The position numbers and the translations under genes were made by a program. The notes beneath the pieces were generated by a model, which saw only the letters and a program-made list of their open reading frames with translations, was not told the origin of the DNA and made no database searches. This document shows positions 23,250 through 36,632 of a stretch of DNA of 64,000 bases, one piece after another. Every line of letters starts with the position of its first letter. The first letter of the stretch is position 1. The stretch covers positions 970,552 through 1,034,551 of the forward strand of contig RDEW01000012.1 of the NCBI GenBank assembly GCA_011109175.1, read 5' to 3'. This stretch comes from Dicyema japonicum (Eukaryota > Animalia > Dicyemida).

Positions 23250-26040
23250 TTTATTAGAATACAGAAATCGACATTATAAATGGATGACGATTGACGTCGA
23301 TACCTCAGCTGTTAAGAGACAGTGGGCTGTGGACGATGGTCATAGCCGAATTCCATATGATGGCTTTACAGTGAAGAGCTTCTGACACGCTGATCTCAGG
23401 AGGTTTTTTCCACCATTGTTTTGCTGTCTTCAAGTGCCTATATAACACGGGTAGTCACTAAGTCGTTTATTTTTTCAATTCAGAATTTTGTCTAACAATA
23501 ATTATATTGAACATCATTGATGAGTTTGGGTGATGACCTCATCATTCTTGAGTTTCCTACGGTTAATTTCCCAATTATTGTTAATCGCCATCGTTATTTG
23601 TTCAAACCCGTGTTTATATTCTACAAGCATGCTCTCTAAAGTCTTCTTCAGCGCAATCGTTTGGATGTACGCTCGGGTGATGGTCGTAATTCCAATGATG
23701 TCCATGTATGATTTGAAATACCTGGAGACAATTCCATCCCAGGTAAGAACAATTGGGAGTATCTTTACTTTGGCTTTGTAAATGATCTCTAGTTCACTCG
23801 CAAGAATGTCGTATTTATGTAGTTTTTCAACTTCGACAGCCTTGAGATTGTCCATTGCTGTTACTCCAATTTCAATTAGCCATATTTGGTTCATTTTCTT
23901 ATCGTACAAGAAAATGTCAGGCTTGTTATATTGGACTTTGGACTCCGTTGGAATGGTCGTATCAACTCGGATCTCGGCATGCTGATTTGTGATGATGCTT
24001 TGAATAGAATGTGACTTCAATTTTTTGGATTTTTTAAATCCAAATTTTCTAGATAAATGCATGTGAATGCATTTAACTATTTCATTGTGTCGTCTTGTAT
24101 AGTCTGAGTTTAGCATTCTGTTACACCTCGTAGCCAAATGATCGACAGTTTTTTTCGAGGAATTACAATGTGGACATTTTAGACCAAGATCCCGGAAAAA
24201 GATATTCCTATCTTGCAAAAGAAAGAACATCGCTTCAGACTTGGGAGAAATATTTCCATTTGTGATCCATGTAGACGATGATTTTATGTCAAATGTATCA
24301 TTCTCAAGTGATTCAAATAATATTGAATGTAGGCTTTTCTTTTTGATGATAGACAGGAGAGAGTTAATCTGTGAACTCTTTAGATTCTCCACAATGTCTA
24401 TGGTTGGGCCCATTTGGTATTTTACCCGCAGGAATTCTGTGATTGTGGCCATATGTGTTTTTCTTAGCTGTTCGGCCCACAGAATTCCAGCTTTTCTCAG
24501 AGAAATCTTTTTCCGCCTTTCAAGGCTTGTTTTAAACTCAAGTAGCATTTTTTCTGACTTAAAAGTAACTGATATCAGCCCTCTTCCCAGCGTACTCCTT
24601 GGTAAGTATAATCTTTCCTTGGAAGCCGGTTTCATGTGAATACCCAAACGCATAAGTAATTTTCTGACTAATCTATCAAATTCCTCGTATTCACCGGGTT
24701 CCATCTCGAGAAGACCAACATAATAATTAAGAAGGGATAGAGCATGTTCATTTATGGCTTTAAACAAATTGACCGAATTCAATTTCGTTTTTGACAGTTT
24801 TTCAATACGATCTTGCACCTCCTCTTTGATATTTTTAAGTACAACTTCTTTAACTACTTTGCTGGAATTGTCTTCTAACACCCCCAAATAGCGATAACTA
24901 TCCACTCCATCCATTAGTTTAGCATCATTCGATAGTAAATAACTATTTGTTGCGGACTTTTCAAAATTCTTTTCTAAGCCGGACAATTTAAAGTAAGCAT
25001 TCACATCTTTCATCATGCATGCCAGTGTCCCTTCCTCTTTTGCCAAAAGTTTCAAATCATCGATGAATAAGAAATGATTCGCAGAAAAAGTAAAAGAATT
25101 AGATTCAGCAGTATTGATAGACATGCTCGGATATTTTGCAGACAACATTCTGCTTAGTGGATCCAAAACAAATACAAATAATTGAGGTGATAGAGAGTCA
25201 CCTTGGAGTATTCCACGTTCAATATTAATCGTTCCCAATATCTTTTTCCCCAATCTTAATGACACACGCCAGTTTGGAATTATTGATATTACAAACTTGG
25301 TTATCCATTCTGGTAGTCCCGAGTTTTCCAGGATTTTAACAAGATACTCGTGACTCACTGAATCAAACGCTTTTCTAACATCAATCCATGCACAGAATAG
25401 TTTGTTTTCATGGGCTTTGTTAACACATCTGTTTAAAAGTGCCAATTCCTTTGCTCCTTGACAGTGTCGTTTTGTCCCAAGCTGATACTCAGTAATTAAA
25501 TCATAAGTTTCAGCATATTGTGCAATTTTTTCGTTTACACATTTCGTAACCAGCTTGTATAAGCACGGCATACATGTAATCGGTCTAAGATCCTTAGGGT
25601 CAACAGAGTTCTTCTTCTTTGGGATTAGGTATGTAATCCCCGTATAAAACCATCTTTTCGGTTGACTTTTCCCACTAATGATATCTCTGATCTCTTTAAA
25701 TAAATATTGATGAAGAGAATCCAACTTCTTGATAAAGAAGTTATATACGCAATCAACTCCGGGGGCCTTCCAATTTGGGAGGTACTCAATTAAATTTGAT
25801 ATAAAATTATCGTTTATATCAGAGTCTTGCTGTTCAACTCCCGTTATTCTCTTGTTCATTCCAAAACTCAAATCATTTTTATCCCTTTTTTCCCAAACCT
25901 CTGTCCAAAATTTAAAGCATTCGGATGTGTCAAAGCCATCAATGCACTCAATGTCAGAATCTGACTTTTGTTTTCTATAGAATGACCTTCTGTTCAACTC
26001 AAAATTTCGATTATCAGTTCAAAATTTCGATTATCAGTTC
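23250..26040 (-). mobile_element. R4/Dong-like non-LTR retrotransposon, 5'-truncated
   Basis: Contains the uninterrupted ORF 23514-25997, a 3' UTR of about 250 nt, and a 20-bp tandem duplication at the 5' junction (25999-26038). Confidence 0.88.
23514..25997 (-). CDS. Reverse transcriptase, CCHC knuckle and restriction-like endonuclease (827 codons, N-terminally truncated)
   Basis: NWKAPGVD, RPITC, WIDVRKAFDSV, GILQGDSLSP, FIDD, YRYLG, RLYLPR..GRGL, CPHC..TVDHL..C, RHN and KPD..LIEIG motifs. Confidence 0.93.
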   Translation of the reverse strand: MNRRSFYRKQKSDSDIECIDGFDTSECFKFWTEVWEKRDKNDLSFGMNKRITGVEQQDSDINDNFISNLIEYLPNWKAPGVDCVYNFFIKKLDSLHQYLFKEIRDIISGKSQPKRWFYTGITYLIPKKKNSVDPKDLRPITCMPCLYKLVTKCVNEKIAQYAETYDLITEYQLGTKRHCQGAKELALLNRCVNKAHENKLFCAWIDVRKAFDSVSHEYLVKILENSGLPEWITKFVISIIPNWRVSLRLGKKILGTINIERGILQGDSLSPQLFVFVLDPLSRMLSAKYPSMSINTAESNSFTFSANHFLFIDDLKLLAKEEGTLACMMKDVNAYFKLSGLEKNFEKSATNSYLLSNDAKLMDGVDSYRYLGVLEDNSSKVVKEVVLKNIKEEVQDRIEKLSKTKLNSVNLFKAINEHALSLLNYYVGLLEMEPGEYEEFDRLVRKLLMRLGIHMKPASKERLYLPRSTLGRGLISVTFKSEKMLLEFKTSLERRKKISLRKAGILWAEQLRKTHMATITEFLRVKYQMGPTIDIVENLKSSQINSLLSIIKKKSLHSILFESLENDTFDIKSSSTWITNGNISPKSEAMFFLLQDRNIFFRDLGLKCPHCNSSKKTVDHLATRCNRMLNSDYTRRHNEIVKCIHMHLSRKFGFKKSKKLKSHSIQSIITNQHAEIRVDTTIPTESKVQYNKPDIFLYDKKMNQIWLIEIGVTAMDNLKAVEVEKLHKYDILASELEIIYKAKVKILPIVLTWDGIVSRYFKSYMDIIGITTITRAYIQTIALKKTLESMLVEYKHGFEQITMAINNNWEINRRKLKNDEVITQTHQ

Positions 26041-26349
26041 CATAATATAAATATATTAATTTATTTCTAAAAAGGTTGAGATATTTCGAAGTTTTAACGG
26101 AGCCTTTCTTCAAGAAGTTTTCTATTTTATGAGAAGTGAAATTTGTATCTTATTTTAATGATTCTTAGTTGATAATATTAAGATTCCTTATTTTATGGCC
26201 TCCTCACCTGATATTGTAGTCTTCCACGACAAAAAACATTTTTATGGGTAGTTTCCGAAATAACGAATGTGAACGTACAAAAATCTAGTTTGGTTGTAAT
26301 AAGTGAAAAGTTATTTCGCAACTTCATTTTCAAGTAATCTTGATACTCC

Positions 26350-27490
26350 TTTCACTTGGAATTCTCATTAATGCGAGCGTATCTTCAACGTCCGGTCGAG
26401 GGAAGCAAGCTACACTGTCGGGGAGCGCTTGGAATTCGCAACGTCCGTTCGAGATTACCAATGAAGCAAGCTACACTGTCGGGAGACTCGGAGGGCTTGG
26501 AATTCGCAACCCTGTAGACGTTTCTCTCCCTGCATATGTTTCGTCGCTAATGGCCTGTAACTCCCTTTTAGGAGGATTCTACACTCTCCCTGAATTCTCT
26601 ACTGATCAGGACGTCGGCCATGCTCGTGAGCCGTACCTATCAGCTTTCTCTCCCTTCAAGTTCTCTCAGCGGGGTCTGACGATACTGATGTCAGAATTCT
26701 TTTGAAGATCTGCTAGTGTAATCATCGCCGTGCTTGTTGATTGTCGGGGCGTCTTCCGAGAACGGTGCCTAGCTAACGCCATTCCCAGTAAAGTTTTGGG
26801 TACTTTTTTGAGTGATGAATGTGTCCATTGAGATCTCATTACGATTGGGATTAAAAGTCTGTGTTCGACATCCATGCCGATGCACAGACCAGATCGACTG
26901 TTTGGCCAATACCCTCTCTCCTGCAGGAAGAGGCTTAGCAGAATTCTTAGACATATGGCCTTGAACGAAGTTAGGTGAGCTTCTATACATTGTGGACATT
27001 CCTCCATGCTCGATCCTGTCGGTCTTTGCAAGTGTGACGGAAAACGACTAGATGTGATGACAATCTTCCCCTTTGAAGACTGGGAAATCTCTTGTCTTGG
27101 ACGTCAACCTGCATCGACATGTTTTCCTCTTGCAACCTACTCTAGAGTGGCTCTGGAGCCTGTTCTGACAATGAGTTGGCTTAGACATTGAAACAGGCAA
27201 AGTAAACGGTCCTACCCAATGATTTTTTGTTCGTTCCACTTGCTGTTGAGACATCTGGTTCCCTTGCCCCTGGGACACTAGAATTCTTGAGTCATCTAGA
27301 GTTCGGGTTTCAACACAATCAGGAGACCCCTTGTGAGCGCTGTCGGTTATTTGAGCGAATCTCGCTTGCCATCTAGAGGGAATAACCAAACAGTAAGGGC
27401 GGCCGCTAAATATCTATTTGCTCACTTTTTCCTTAATAAATTGATTTTTAATCGAAGACTTAGTTTATTACCATAGATTAAAGTTTTATT
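26350..27490 (+). mobile_element. Degraded CRE-clade 3' half
   Basis: GRLGGLGIRNP, DPVGLCKCDGKRLD and RGNNQTVRAAA motifs. Confidence 0.85.
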
Positions 27491-28129
27491 AGGAAAAAAA
27501 ACATTAGTAACAAATCATAGTTCATGTTAAAAGACAGTGGCCACAACCAATCGCTGTGAAAACTCTCCTTTCTCAGATATCTCTGAATCGCGCCGTAATC
27601 GCACCTCAATTTTGTTGCAACTCTCTACTCCTTCGGAAGTTTCAAGCGATTGAATAATCATCAAATAGCTTTAAGACGATTTGAGATTGGATTTTGCAAA
27701 ACAGCTCGACATGTCATAAAAACATCAAAGACTATAACAGTAATATTATTTCTTGATTATCATGAATTATCAATGAGTAATCAGATTATTCATTGAGTGG
27801 GCTTATATTGTTACTAAAGCATAGATACTTATAGAATTAGTGTGTGCCGACAGAAAATTTTCTTCACAGTTGATTACGGTGAACAATTTGGACAAGAATG
27901 TTCTTCATACAAGTTGACCACGTTCGTGACTTTCTAGCATCAACAGACAAGAAACAAGCAAAAACTGTACTTCTATGCAGTGCCATATTATAGTTATAGC
28001 TCTCCTCATGCAGGAAACGCACTTTATTTAGTAAAGAACAGTTATGATAACTACTCCTTGAGGGAGAACCAAGGAATGCTCTTCACTTACTTTTTCTTTT
28101 TGTTGGGTGTATCCTCTTAGTAGACTATC

Positions 28130-28975
28130 AGGTTCCGCATTGAAACTTCACTGATGGCGACTTCCTATCTTTTGTCTTAGCCATAACCCTTCTCGTTGAT
28201 CCCTTTTCTATCTGGCAAGCAATCCTCCGAGTTCTTGCAAGAATTCAGCCGTCATTGGACCAACGGCTCCCGATGATTCGGTCGCAACAGGAGTAAATCG
28301 GTAGCGATCCCCGAGGCAAGAATATTTCTTGATTTTTAGGTTTTCCGTAGTCGAAGCAGCTGCTCCAGGTGTCTGAACCGATTTGAAAATATTCGTGTTT
28401 GAGAACGTGTCTACACAAGTTGCGTCCCAGACCAATGATATTCCAGACGTGAAAGAGAAAAGGGTCATCCCGTCAGGTCTCTTTCCATCTCCTCGATCAA
28501 GACCCACTGGTTCAAGCTGTGCTGGGAAGCCTGAAGCCTTCAGAGCTCTGACGATCACATCATTCAGAGCAGCATTACGTGGTCCCCTTCCGGCGCTTCT
28601 TCTGCAGGACAGCGGGTGCAATCCTTTCGCATCGACTGTTTTCCCGCATCGGCATCGGTGCTCCAGGCAAACGTCTAGTCCCAGCCTTTGTCCGATTCCA
28701 ATCCTCAAAGAATCGCCGTCCAAAAAGGTCCCGAGGTTTGGGACCTGCTCCACTCCCTCTACTTGAAGCTGACACCAAACAAGCCAGACGATGTTGATTT
28801 GCTTATTTTTAAGGTCTTCCAAAATTTTGAAGCAGACAATGTCATCCCAATCACTTTGCTTCGTTGTGTCTTCGGGGATTTTGAGTCCGGACCCGTTCCA
28901 TTTCCGACAAGCTTCGTCAAATGACTCATTCCAGCGAAGTCCAATTGTGTTATGAAGGACTTGCCGTGTCAAATA
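28130..28975 (-). mobile_element. CRE-clade 3' fragment (zinc knuckle plus REL)
   Basis: ORF 28208-28972: HRCRCG..HPLSC..RNAALND..EPVGLDRGDGKRPDG..LVWDATCVD..KKY..PVATE. Confidence 0.9.
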
Positions 28976-29799
28976 ATAATTATAAATAAAATAAAAAATT
29001 AGTAATTATTTTTAAAAAATATAATTAACTTAATTTTTAAATGTATTTTTATCAATTACCAAAATTGTGTGCATTTTGATTGAATAGATCTTTCTAGCAT
29101 TTGACTGCCTTAATTATAATATAACCTGTATAAGTTAGGAAAATTTTACGTGATTTTACTGTAATCATTACTTTCAATAACTTGTGTCAAATAACTAATT
29201 TGATACCTTCAATTTGTCAAAAAATAGCCAAAACAGGTTATTTCCGTCGAAACCATAAATTACGTCTTGTTTCTTTTCTTTTACAATAATAAGGATTAAT
29301 TTGATGATTATAAACAAAATGTATTAAAAACTATGTAATGAAGGAATTTCAAAAATGTCAGATTTGGGTTATCTCTGCCAATTATTTCAATATTGAGAAT
29401 TAAACATTATATTCATTTATGAACTCCACCACAACTGTTTCACAATCAATTAAGAGACCACTTGGTCTAATATCATGCAAAATATGACCAATTAGTCTTG
29501 AGAAAAGAAAACATGACACTTTCGGAAAGACCTGGTCGTGTTATTAGAGCGTAGTAGTTATGAGAGGAATATCGGTTACTGAGATTGATTATTAATATTT
29601 TTAACTCATTTTGACGATAAATTTGATTAAATAAACTAGAAAAGGTCAACTTCATTGCGCCACATAGGTTTCCTGAAGGGATATCAGCGAGATTTACTTA
29701 AAATGGATGTCTCCGAAGTATTCCCTTGGGTAGAAGTGGATATCCGAAACTCTTCTCAAGATATGATTAAAAACCTTCTTTATGGAGGTTGATCCTTTC

Positions 29800-30520
29800 T
29801 TAGACAAATCGTAGGAAGTTATAGATAGACACTGGGGTCACTTAATCACAAGTTAATAAAATAGGTCATAAAACTGGGCTGCAGCAAAATACAGGGAAAT
29901 ATGAATTAAAAATGTTTACGTGGTTAATTGGTCGGAAGATTAGGGTGACAATATCCACTATTCCTATTTAGCTTATCCGTAGATGAAAGCATATGTCTTC
30001 TGTTTTCCCGTGAACATGGCGTGGTGTCAGACTCGGGTGATATCGGAAGCTTAGTTTAAGTGTCAGATGCAAAAACCCCATCTATTAATGCTTTCAGCAG
30101 CAATTTCCAGATATTCTAGAATTGAGATTTAATACTTGTATCAGTAAGCATAAAATTATAACTTTAATGCTCAAACTTAACTGACAGCCACATAATTTGA
30201 CTTAACAATCAGAACTAAAAATCTCTCCTGTAAAGCACTAATACTGGAGATAAAGATCTGTCCATTAAGTGATCGATTTGATATGCAACGCTTACGATAT
30301 TTCTCATTCATTTGACCCCACCACCCAACCTTCCCACTACTCAATCTGAGATCGTGCCTTAGAATCATGATTCCGTTCAAGTAGAAATCGTTTAATAAGA
30401 TAGAGTCTCTATCCAGATGGAAGAAAAGTCAGGGATCTCTTTACTTGCCATGGGCCACCAGGACTCGGTGTGAAAGTGTACAATTTCTGAGAGCGACCTG
30501 CCCTGTCTCTTAATGGTCGC
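29800..30520 (-). pseudogene. Degenerate cadherin-like repeat relic
   Basis: FHLDRDSILLNDFYL (LDRE-like) at about 30380-30425 and GVFASD at about 30060-30080. Confidence 0.35.
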
Positions 30521-30989
30521 CAGCTTCCTACATGTTAGCAAACCAGGAACTAGCAATTAAATTTTATAGGTTAATAAAAAGTATTACAGGTAAAATCACT
30601 CATAAAATTGCCTGAGAATCCTTTCAGGAATCCAGTGAATTACCTTTAATGATAATCTACCGAAAATTTTGACAGAAAAATGGGGACACGGAATAAATTC
30701 ACTTAATTACTCAGAACCCCAGGATCACCGAGAAAAACATATAATTGCAATGTATTTATATTTTCGATATAAAATAATCAAAAATAAATATTAATAATAT
30801 TTTATTTTAATTTTGCAAAAAATAATTTTAAATAAAATATTCAACATTTGAAATCAGTTAAACAAATGCGAGTCTGCTACCATAAGGATAATGAATTAAC
30901 GACTAGGATTCTCACAGTCCAAAGCTGTGTCGTAACCTCCAATGTAGGTTATAAAGCAGCAAAAAAAATTTTTACAGTTCACATAAAGT

Positions 30990-32500
30990 CTAAATTCTAG
31001 TTATTTGATGTTGAGTGCGACGGCATCCCTGTCTTAAATATCAGCAGTCACGGAGGTTTTCAACAAATTTAATTTTGCAGGCTACAAATTCAATTATGCA
31101 TTTGTGTACTCACAATCCGACCTCTGGTCCATCATCAATTGTTTGCGTATCAACTTTCCCTCTGGGTATCACTACATCCTCACAGGTTGCATTCCATTCT
31201 CAGTGTAGGATATTTATTCAGACCTTACATTTTGGAGGAAGTGTCGCTTATGATTGAAGCTCTGAAATATTATGAGTCAGATATAGTAGTCGGTATTTTC
31301 TCATTTTACTTTATAGTTTGCGATCCAGTAATAGGAGATAACGGCGAATCTGTTAATTTAATATTTTAATTACTAGTATGTGGATAGTCGATTGGGGAAC
31401 GCTACGGGATTGAGATGATGAAGTTCACTAATATTGTCACTCCCAACTTGTTCGAGCTAGAGTATTTCAATTTTTAATTTGACAAGAATGCTAACTCGGC
31501 GTGTCATAAAAAATGTCGACGAGGCCTTTAGTGCTTTAGAATTATTAAGCGATGGGTCCTTACGCCACCATACTAACAAGTATAGATACCCCAGATCACT
31601 GCCATTTAGTGTCCCTTCTCTGCTATTATTCGAGAGGTGAGAGTGCTTTGTTATTCTCAGGCGAATACCAGCACTATAAGATTCAATACCCTAGATACAC
31701 GAGCATTTCAGTGGAACCGGGGATGTGTTCAGTTCCCTGCTAATCGCATGGTTAGACAAGACACGTGATATCATCGTACCTTTAATATTTCATTGAAGGA
31801 TTCGTTCGAGCTCACAGTGAATTCTCTGCAAATGATTATTCACAAGACATATGTCAATGCAAAAAGTATTGAATTTATGATAATTTGCTAGAAGTTGGAG
31901 TTTCGACTCAAACCTTAAATTTAAATTTGGTTGACTCATCTAATTGTATAACAGCCCCCAATATCATCTTTAAGGCTGAGAAATGTAACATTGAGTGAAA
32001 TAGTCTCCATGTCCCTAATTATGATTATTGATAAAATCCTAGTTCTTTTTATAACTGTTGACTTGTTCAGTGAATTTGCTAGGCCTTTAGTGATTCCTGA
32101 TAATCTGTTCGAGTTAATAGGAAGGTCAATTATGGGGAAGAGACCATTGACATGAATTATGCATAAATGTCGATAAGAAAACCATCTTGAAGAATCATTG
32201 GTCATGTCAAAATAATTCGCACAGAATTCGTTCACATAATTCTCATTCCATTGGCTAATTTATTTGTGATTGAATTTGGAGTGGTCCTGTGGTTCCATAT
32301 GAGGACTGCAACTTCGTCTATGAATATTATCTTCTCTCTGTGTTATGATTGGAGCATCACGCCATCAAATAATCTAAATTACTTGTCCGATTTTGCTCAA
32401 ATTGATATTGCCACCAAGTTACTCTCCGTTTTAGTTGACTGATAGTTCACTTAGAAGTAAGACTGATAGGTTAATCATACAAGCACTCATATAAGTTCAT
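30990..32500 (+). pseudogene. Degenerate cadherin-like repeat relic
   Basis: FIVCDPVIGDNGE (DPDxGxNG-like) in ORF 31139-31369. The remainder is coding-like but fragmented; extent uncertain. Confidence 0.35.
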
Positions 32501-32859
32501 TTTAGTAAAGGCTGTCCACTCTCAGATAAAAAAACATTTCCCTTGACGATTTGTAAGGAAATGCGTTCAATAAGCGAGCTCATTTCTCTCTTTTCATTTT
32601 CCTCCTCGCGATAAGCGATCCAATACATTCCAGCATTGTTAGTGATCTGTTTCCAACGAGCCCTGATGTTTCGACGGCGACTGGTTCAAGGATTGTCCAT
32701 CGAGACATTCGTATTTCTTTTTATTTAGGGTCTCAGCCCTTTCCGAGGCTGATCCTGCTAAGATAATACTCTATAATTCATCACATTTTTTTCTAAAGTC
32801 GTGACTTTTTATTATACATAGTTTTTAACTATTATTACCCAGGATCACAGGGTCAAAGA

Positions 32860-35345
32860 GAGAGAAATAAAACCAACTAACAAGTGATCCCTGACCGACA
32901 AGGGAGAGGATGACTCCGGTAGGGTCGAGAATCCTGTACTGCTCTTCTCATCAGACATGGTTCAAACTTTCTGTATGATTGTGGATATTTTGATAGTGTA
33001 TGGAATAAAGGGCAGTTCGGTAGACTAGCCGCCTTTATTAGTTTCTGTTGTAATTCTATTAAGAGATTTTCAATGGGCTGGATTTTGTGTTCTGTCCAAT
33101 TAACCTTATTTTTTCGGATAGTTTCATGCACGAGGAGCGTCAAATCTACATTGCTCATGATAAATTTGCATACGTCATTGTGGTTAATTATTCATAAACT
33201 GTGCCAAGGCTTCGGATCAAAGGTGACCCCAAGAATATTCGGTGTTTTGTTAATAGAAAAAGCCTCGTTCTTCATAAGGATTTTTGGTTCGACACAGAGC
33301 TGTCTTTTATATGTAGTAAATAGTGTAACAAAATTTTGTTGCTGATGTGTCGAGACTCCACCTTGTCAAGCATATGTTGGGTGGACTGTAGCTGATTGAA
33401 TGCTGTTGTCCTTGGAGGCAATAATAATGTCTTTGGTGTAAGAGAAGACTAGACTGATCTCATTGGAGGTTTGTGACATGTCGTTTATGTAAAGGTTGAA
33501 GAGTTGGGGTGACAGTGAGAGCCTTGAGGGACTTCATTTGGAAGGTAGAGAGATCTTGATTTGATGTTGTTGCAGAGTACATGTGCTAGTCTTCCATTTA
33601 GGAAGTTCACAAGCCAAAGCTTCATGTTTGGGTGGATGTTCGTTTCAAATATCTTTTTGTGAGGAGTTTCCTGGGGACTAAATCGAACGCTTTTTTGATG
33701 TCCACGATTATATGGAGTGTTTTTTGATGGGGTTTTGGGGAGTTAAATTCTTTCGCAATGAATTGTGTGAGGGTTGTGAAGTGTGTTGTGGTCGAATGAT
33801 TACTCTGGAATCCTGTCCTGGGACGAAGGTATTGAGATTGAACCTTGCAGACTTTCCAGAACAAACCTTTCAAGGATCCTGGAGACCAGACTAAGAATAG
33901 ATATTGGGGATATGATGATGGTTCACTTATTGGTTAGGTTTCAAATAGGTTAGAGACTTATCCCATATTTCAGAGATTATGTTCATGTTGATGGATAGGT
34001 TGAAGATATAAGCTAATAGTTCCAGGCTTGATGGCCCAGGTGATTTAGTTCACATGTGATTATGTTGTATGGTCCTCTTGCCCCTGAGTTGTTGGCCTTG
34101 GATATGGCTCTGTGGGCATCCTGACTTAAAGAGGACCAGTCATTAGACCTTTTCTGGTTTGATGTTTTTTCAGGTCGAGTTGAATGTCTTTAGAAAAGTT
34201 CATGTGAGCTATTAATGCATAATATTTCATCAGAGTCAGATTGTACTTAAATTTCGTTCTGAGAATTATAATTTTTGAGTAATTTGATGGATATTCTCTG
34301 GGTGAATGTTTACGTTGAGCATTTCCAATATTTTTGTCTACTTTGTGTGTTCTTGTTGCTATATACTTTTCTATTTCTTTGTTCAGAGCTCCTAGTCGGA
34401 TTAAGCCGTCTTTTGACGGCGATTTCTTCTTCAGATAATTCATCAGATGTTTCGTCTTCACGATTGTTCTCCTATTACAATGAATTGTGCTCTTGCTTCG
34501 TGTATAATCGAGGTGGGAGATTCTGTCATTTGATTTACAGAAGATGGAGTCAACAAGTTCAGTAACCCAATAAGAAGTCTTGTATTCATGGAATCCAACC
34601 TAGTTTGCAATTTTGTATTTGATTAAGTTGGGAGTTGATTTATGTGCTTTTTCGTTTAAATCTCAATTAATATCGCATTATGGTCACTCCTTGTAGCATA
34701 TTTGACACTTCAGCTGCAGATATATGGAGACAAGGATGTGGAGCAGAGAGATAGATCTGGTTATGATGGTTTGTCAGTAGGTCTCTTGGGAGTTCTCGAT
34801 AAAAGGCTGGGCCATTCAGAATATATAGTTCTCAGTCAACATATTTCCTCGTATATTATAGGGTTGGCTCTTAAGCCAGAAGGAGTGTTTCGCGTTGAAA
34901 TCGCTGCAAATGATGACGTTCTTTGACAAATTAATTGATGAGACTTGACGGTCGGCCAGTGTAGTTAAACATTTAGAAGGGTGTTATGCATTGATCTTCG
35001 TGGGGAATCAGTCGGGGGAGTTTAATTTTGAAGACCATGATCTCGAAATTGAAATATGGAATACTGCCTCGTATAATAGTCATATGACCTACGCAAGTTT
35101 TACCGCGTATATTTTAGCGAATCACATAGTATCCAGTAATTTCGGAGTCGTGTTTCAGGACAGAGTTTAAATTCTTGCAATATCGTGTTTCTTCAGTAAA
35201 AGTCTTAAATCAAGAATCTTGATTTTGAATCTATTTTTGTTCAATTAAATAACTTTAAGCGCACTTGGATTTGTTTCGACGTAATTACAACGGTGTAGTA
35301 GGTCCTTGGCAGTTCAACCTTTTGCCAGGATGAGGAAAGGGCAAT
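32860..35345 (-). mobile_element. Near full-length degraded Ingi/Vingi-like LINE (2A-like relic, APE, RT, GIT 3' end)
   Basis: N-terminal LLHRCNYVETNPSALKVI*LN; GFQSNHSTTT, VDIKKAFDLVP and ILGVTFDP motifs; end RPYRS..SGIT. Confidence 0.75.
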
Positions 35346-35380
35346 TTTTTTTGCCAAATGCTTATGACAATAGTTATCAG

Positions 35381-36624
35381 TAGGGCGATTTTTGTCAAAA
35401 AAAGTCAAAAATTCATGTTTTTTAAAATTGTTTAAAAAATTGTTTAAAACTTATAAAAATGTGATTTTTAATCAAAAATATTATATAGCAAAAAAAGTCA
35501 AAATAAAGTAAAGTCAAAAATTTGGGTAATGTCAAAAAAAGTCAAATTTAATTTTGTAGGTCAATAAAGTCAAAATTTTTATTTTTAATTATTAATTTCT
35601 AGAGTTTTTTAATAAAATACTAACGTGGCATCAACTGTTATTCTTCATTCGAATCAGGAAGGTCATTAAAAAGGTTAAGACTGTTATTAGAAAAGATCCT
35701 GGTGAATTTTCCATCAACTCACGAATTTTCTAAAACAACTTTTTATTTAATCTTTTGTCTACTAAACATTTCAAACTAACCCGGCATCTCTCAATAATCG
35801 GACCATCTTTTCTCGATGCTCCGACCGTGACCCCACACATTTTCTATACGGACGGGGTTTTTTTCCTTCCTCTTCTGAAATTGCCTCCAGGTGCTTCTAT
35901 GATAGACTCGAGTGTTCTGAGAGCAATTTCTTTATCTGTATATTTTTCCAGTAACTTTATTGCTCTTGACTGGATCTCTTGAATTTTTATTAGATCCCCA
36001 CGCAGCACATGCAGAGCCTAATTCTGGTCAGAAGGGGAAATTGTCTTGAAATTGTTGAATACTATTGTACAAATATATTGAAGTAAAAAATATCTATAAT
36101 TTTTTTATGGAAATGGTATTTTAATATAAAGATGCTTAGAAGTAAAATGGACTAGGGAGCAATTTATGTCAATATTGGTTAGGAATTGATTAAGATGACA
36201 GGAAAAATTTACTTCACCGTAAAGAAGCAGTTAGCAGATTCAAAAATTGTAATTCAGTAACGACTTATCCCGAATGAAAAAGCATCTGGAATGTAGATTT
36301 TCTGTTAATAAATTTTTTTTAAAAATGGAAAGACAACATATTTCTCCATGCATATACGGCCTTTGAAAATTATTCTCCCACATCATTCAAAAAAGATTTT
36401 TATTTTTGATAAAATTATTATCTAAAGACCGAAATTTTTAACCAGAAAACATTTTAATTACATTATTATATATTTTAATAAAGTTTATTATTAGTTTTTT
36501 AATATTAAAAAATTTTTTCTAGATAAATTATTCAGTCAAAAATAATCAAAATTTTGAATTTTAAAATCAATAGTCAATTTTTAGGTCAAAATTTCGGATT
36601 TAAAAAGTCAAAAAAATCGCCCTA
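35381..36624 (+). mobile_element. Non-autonomous hAT element with perfect 8-bp TSD
   Basis: TIR TAGGGCGATTTTT / AAAAATCGCCCTA; TSD GTTATCAG at 35373-35380 and 36625-36632; AAAGTCAAAA subterminal repeats. Confidence 0.92.
35745..36030 (-). mobile_element. LINE 3' fragment nested in the hAT element
   Basis: Reads RPYRKCVGSRSEHREKMVRLLRDAGLV*. Confidence 0.7.
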
Positions 36625-36632
36625 GTTATCAG

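Noticed and set aside
23530-25980. Plus-strand ORFs overlapping the RT ORF, and similar antisense ORFs elsewhere
   Set aside because: Shadow ORFs with no recognisable motifs.
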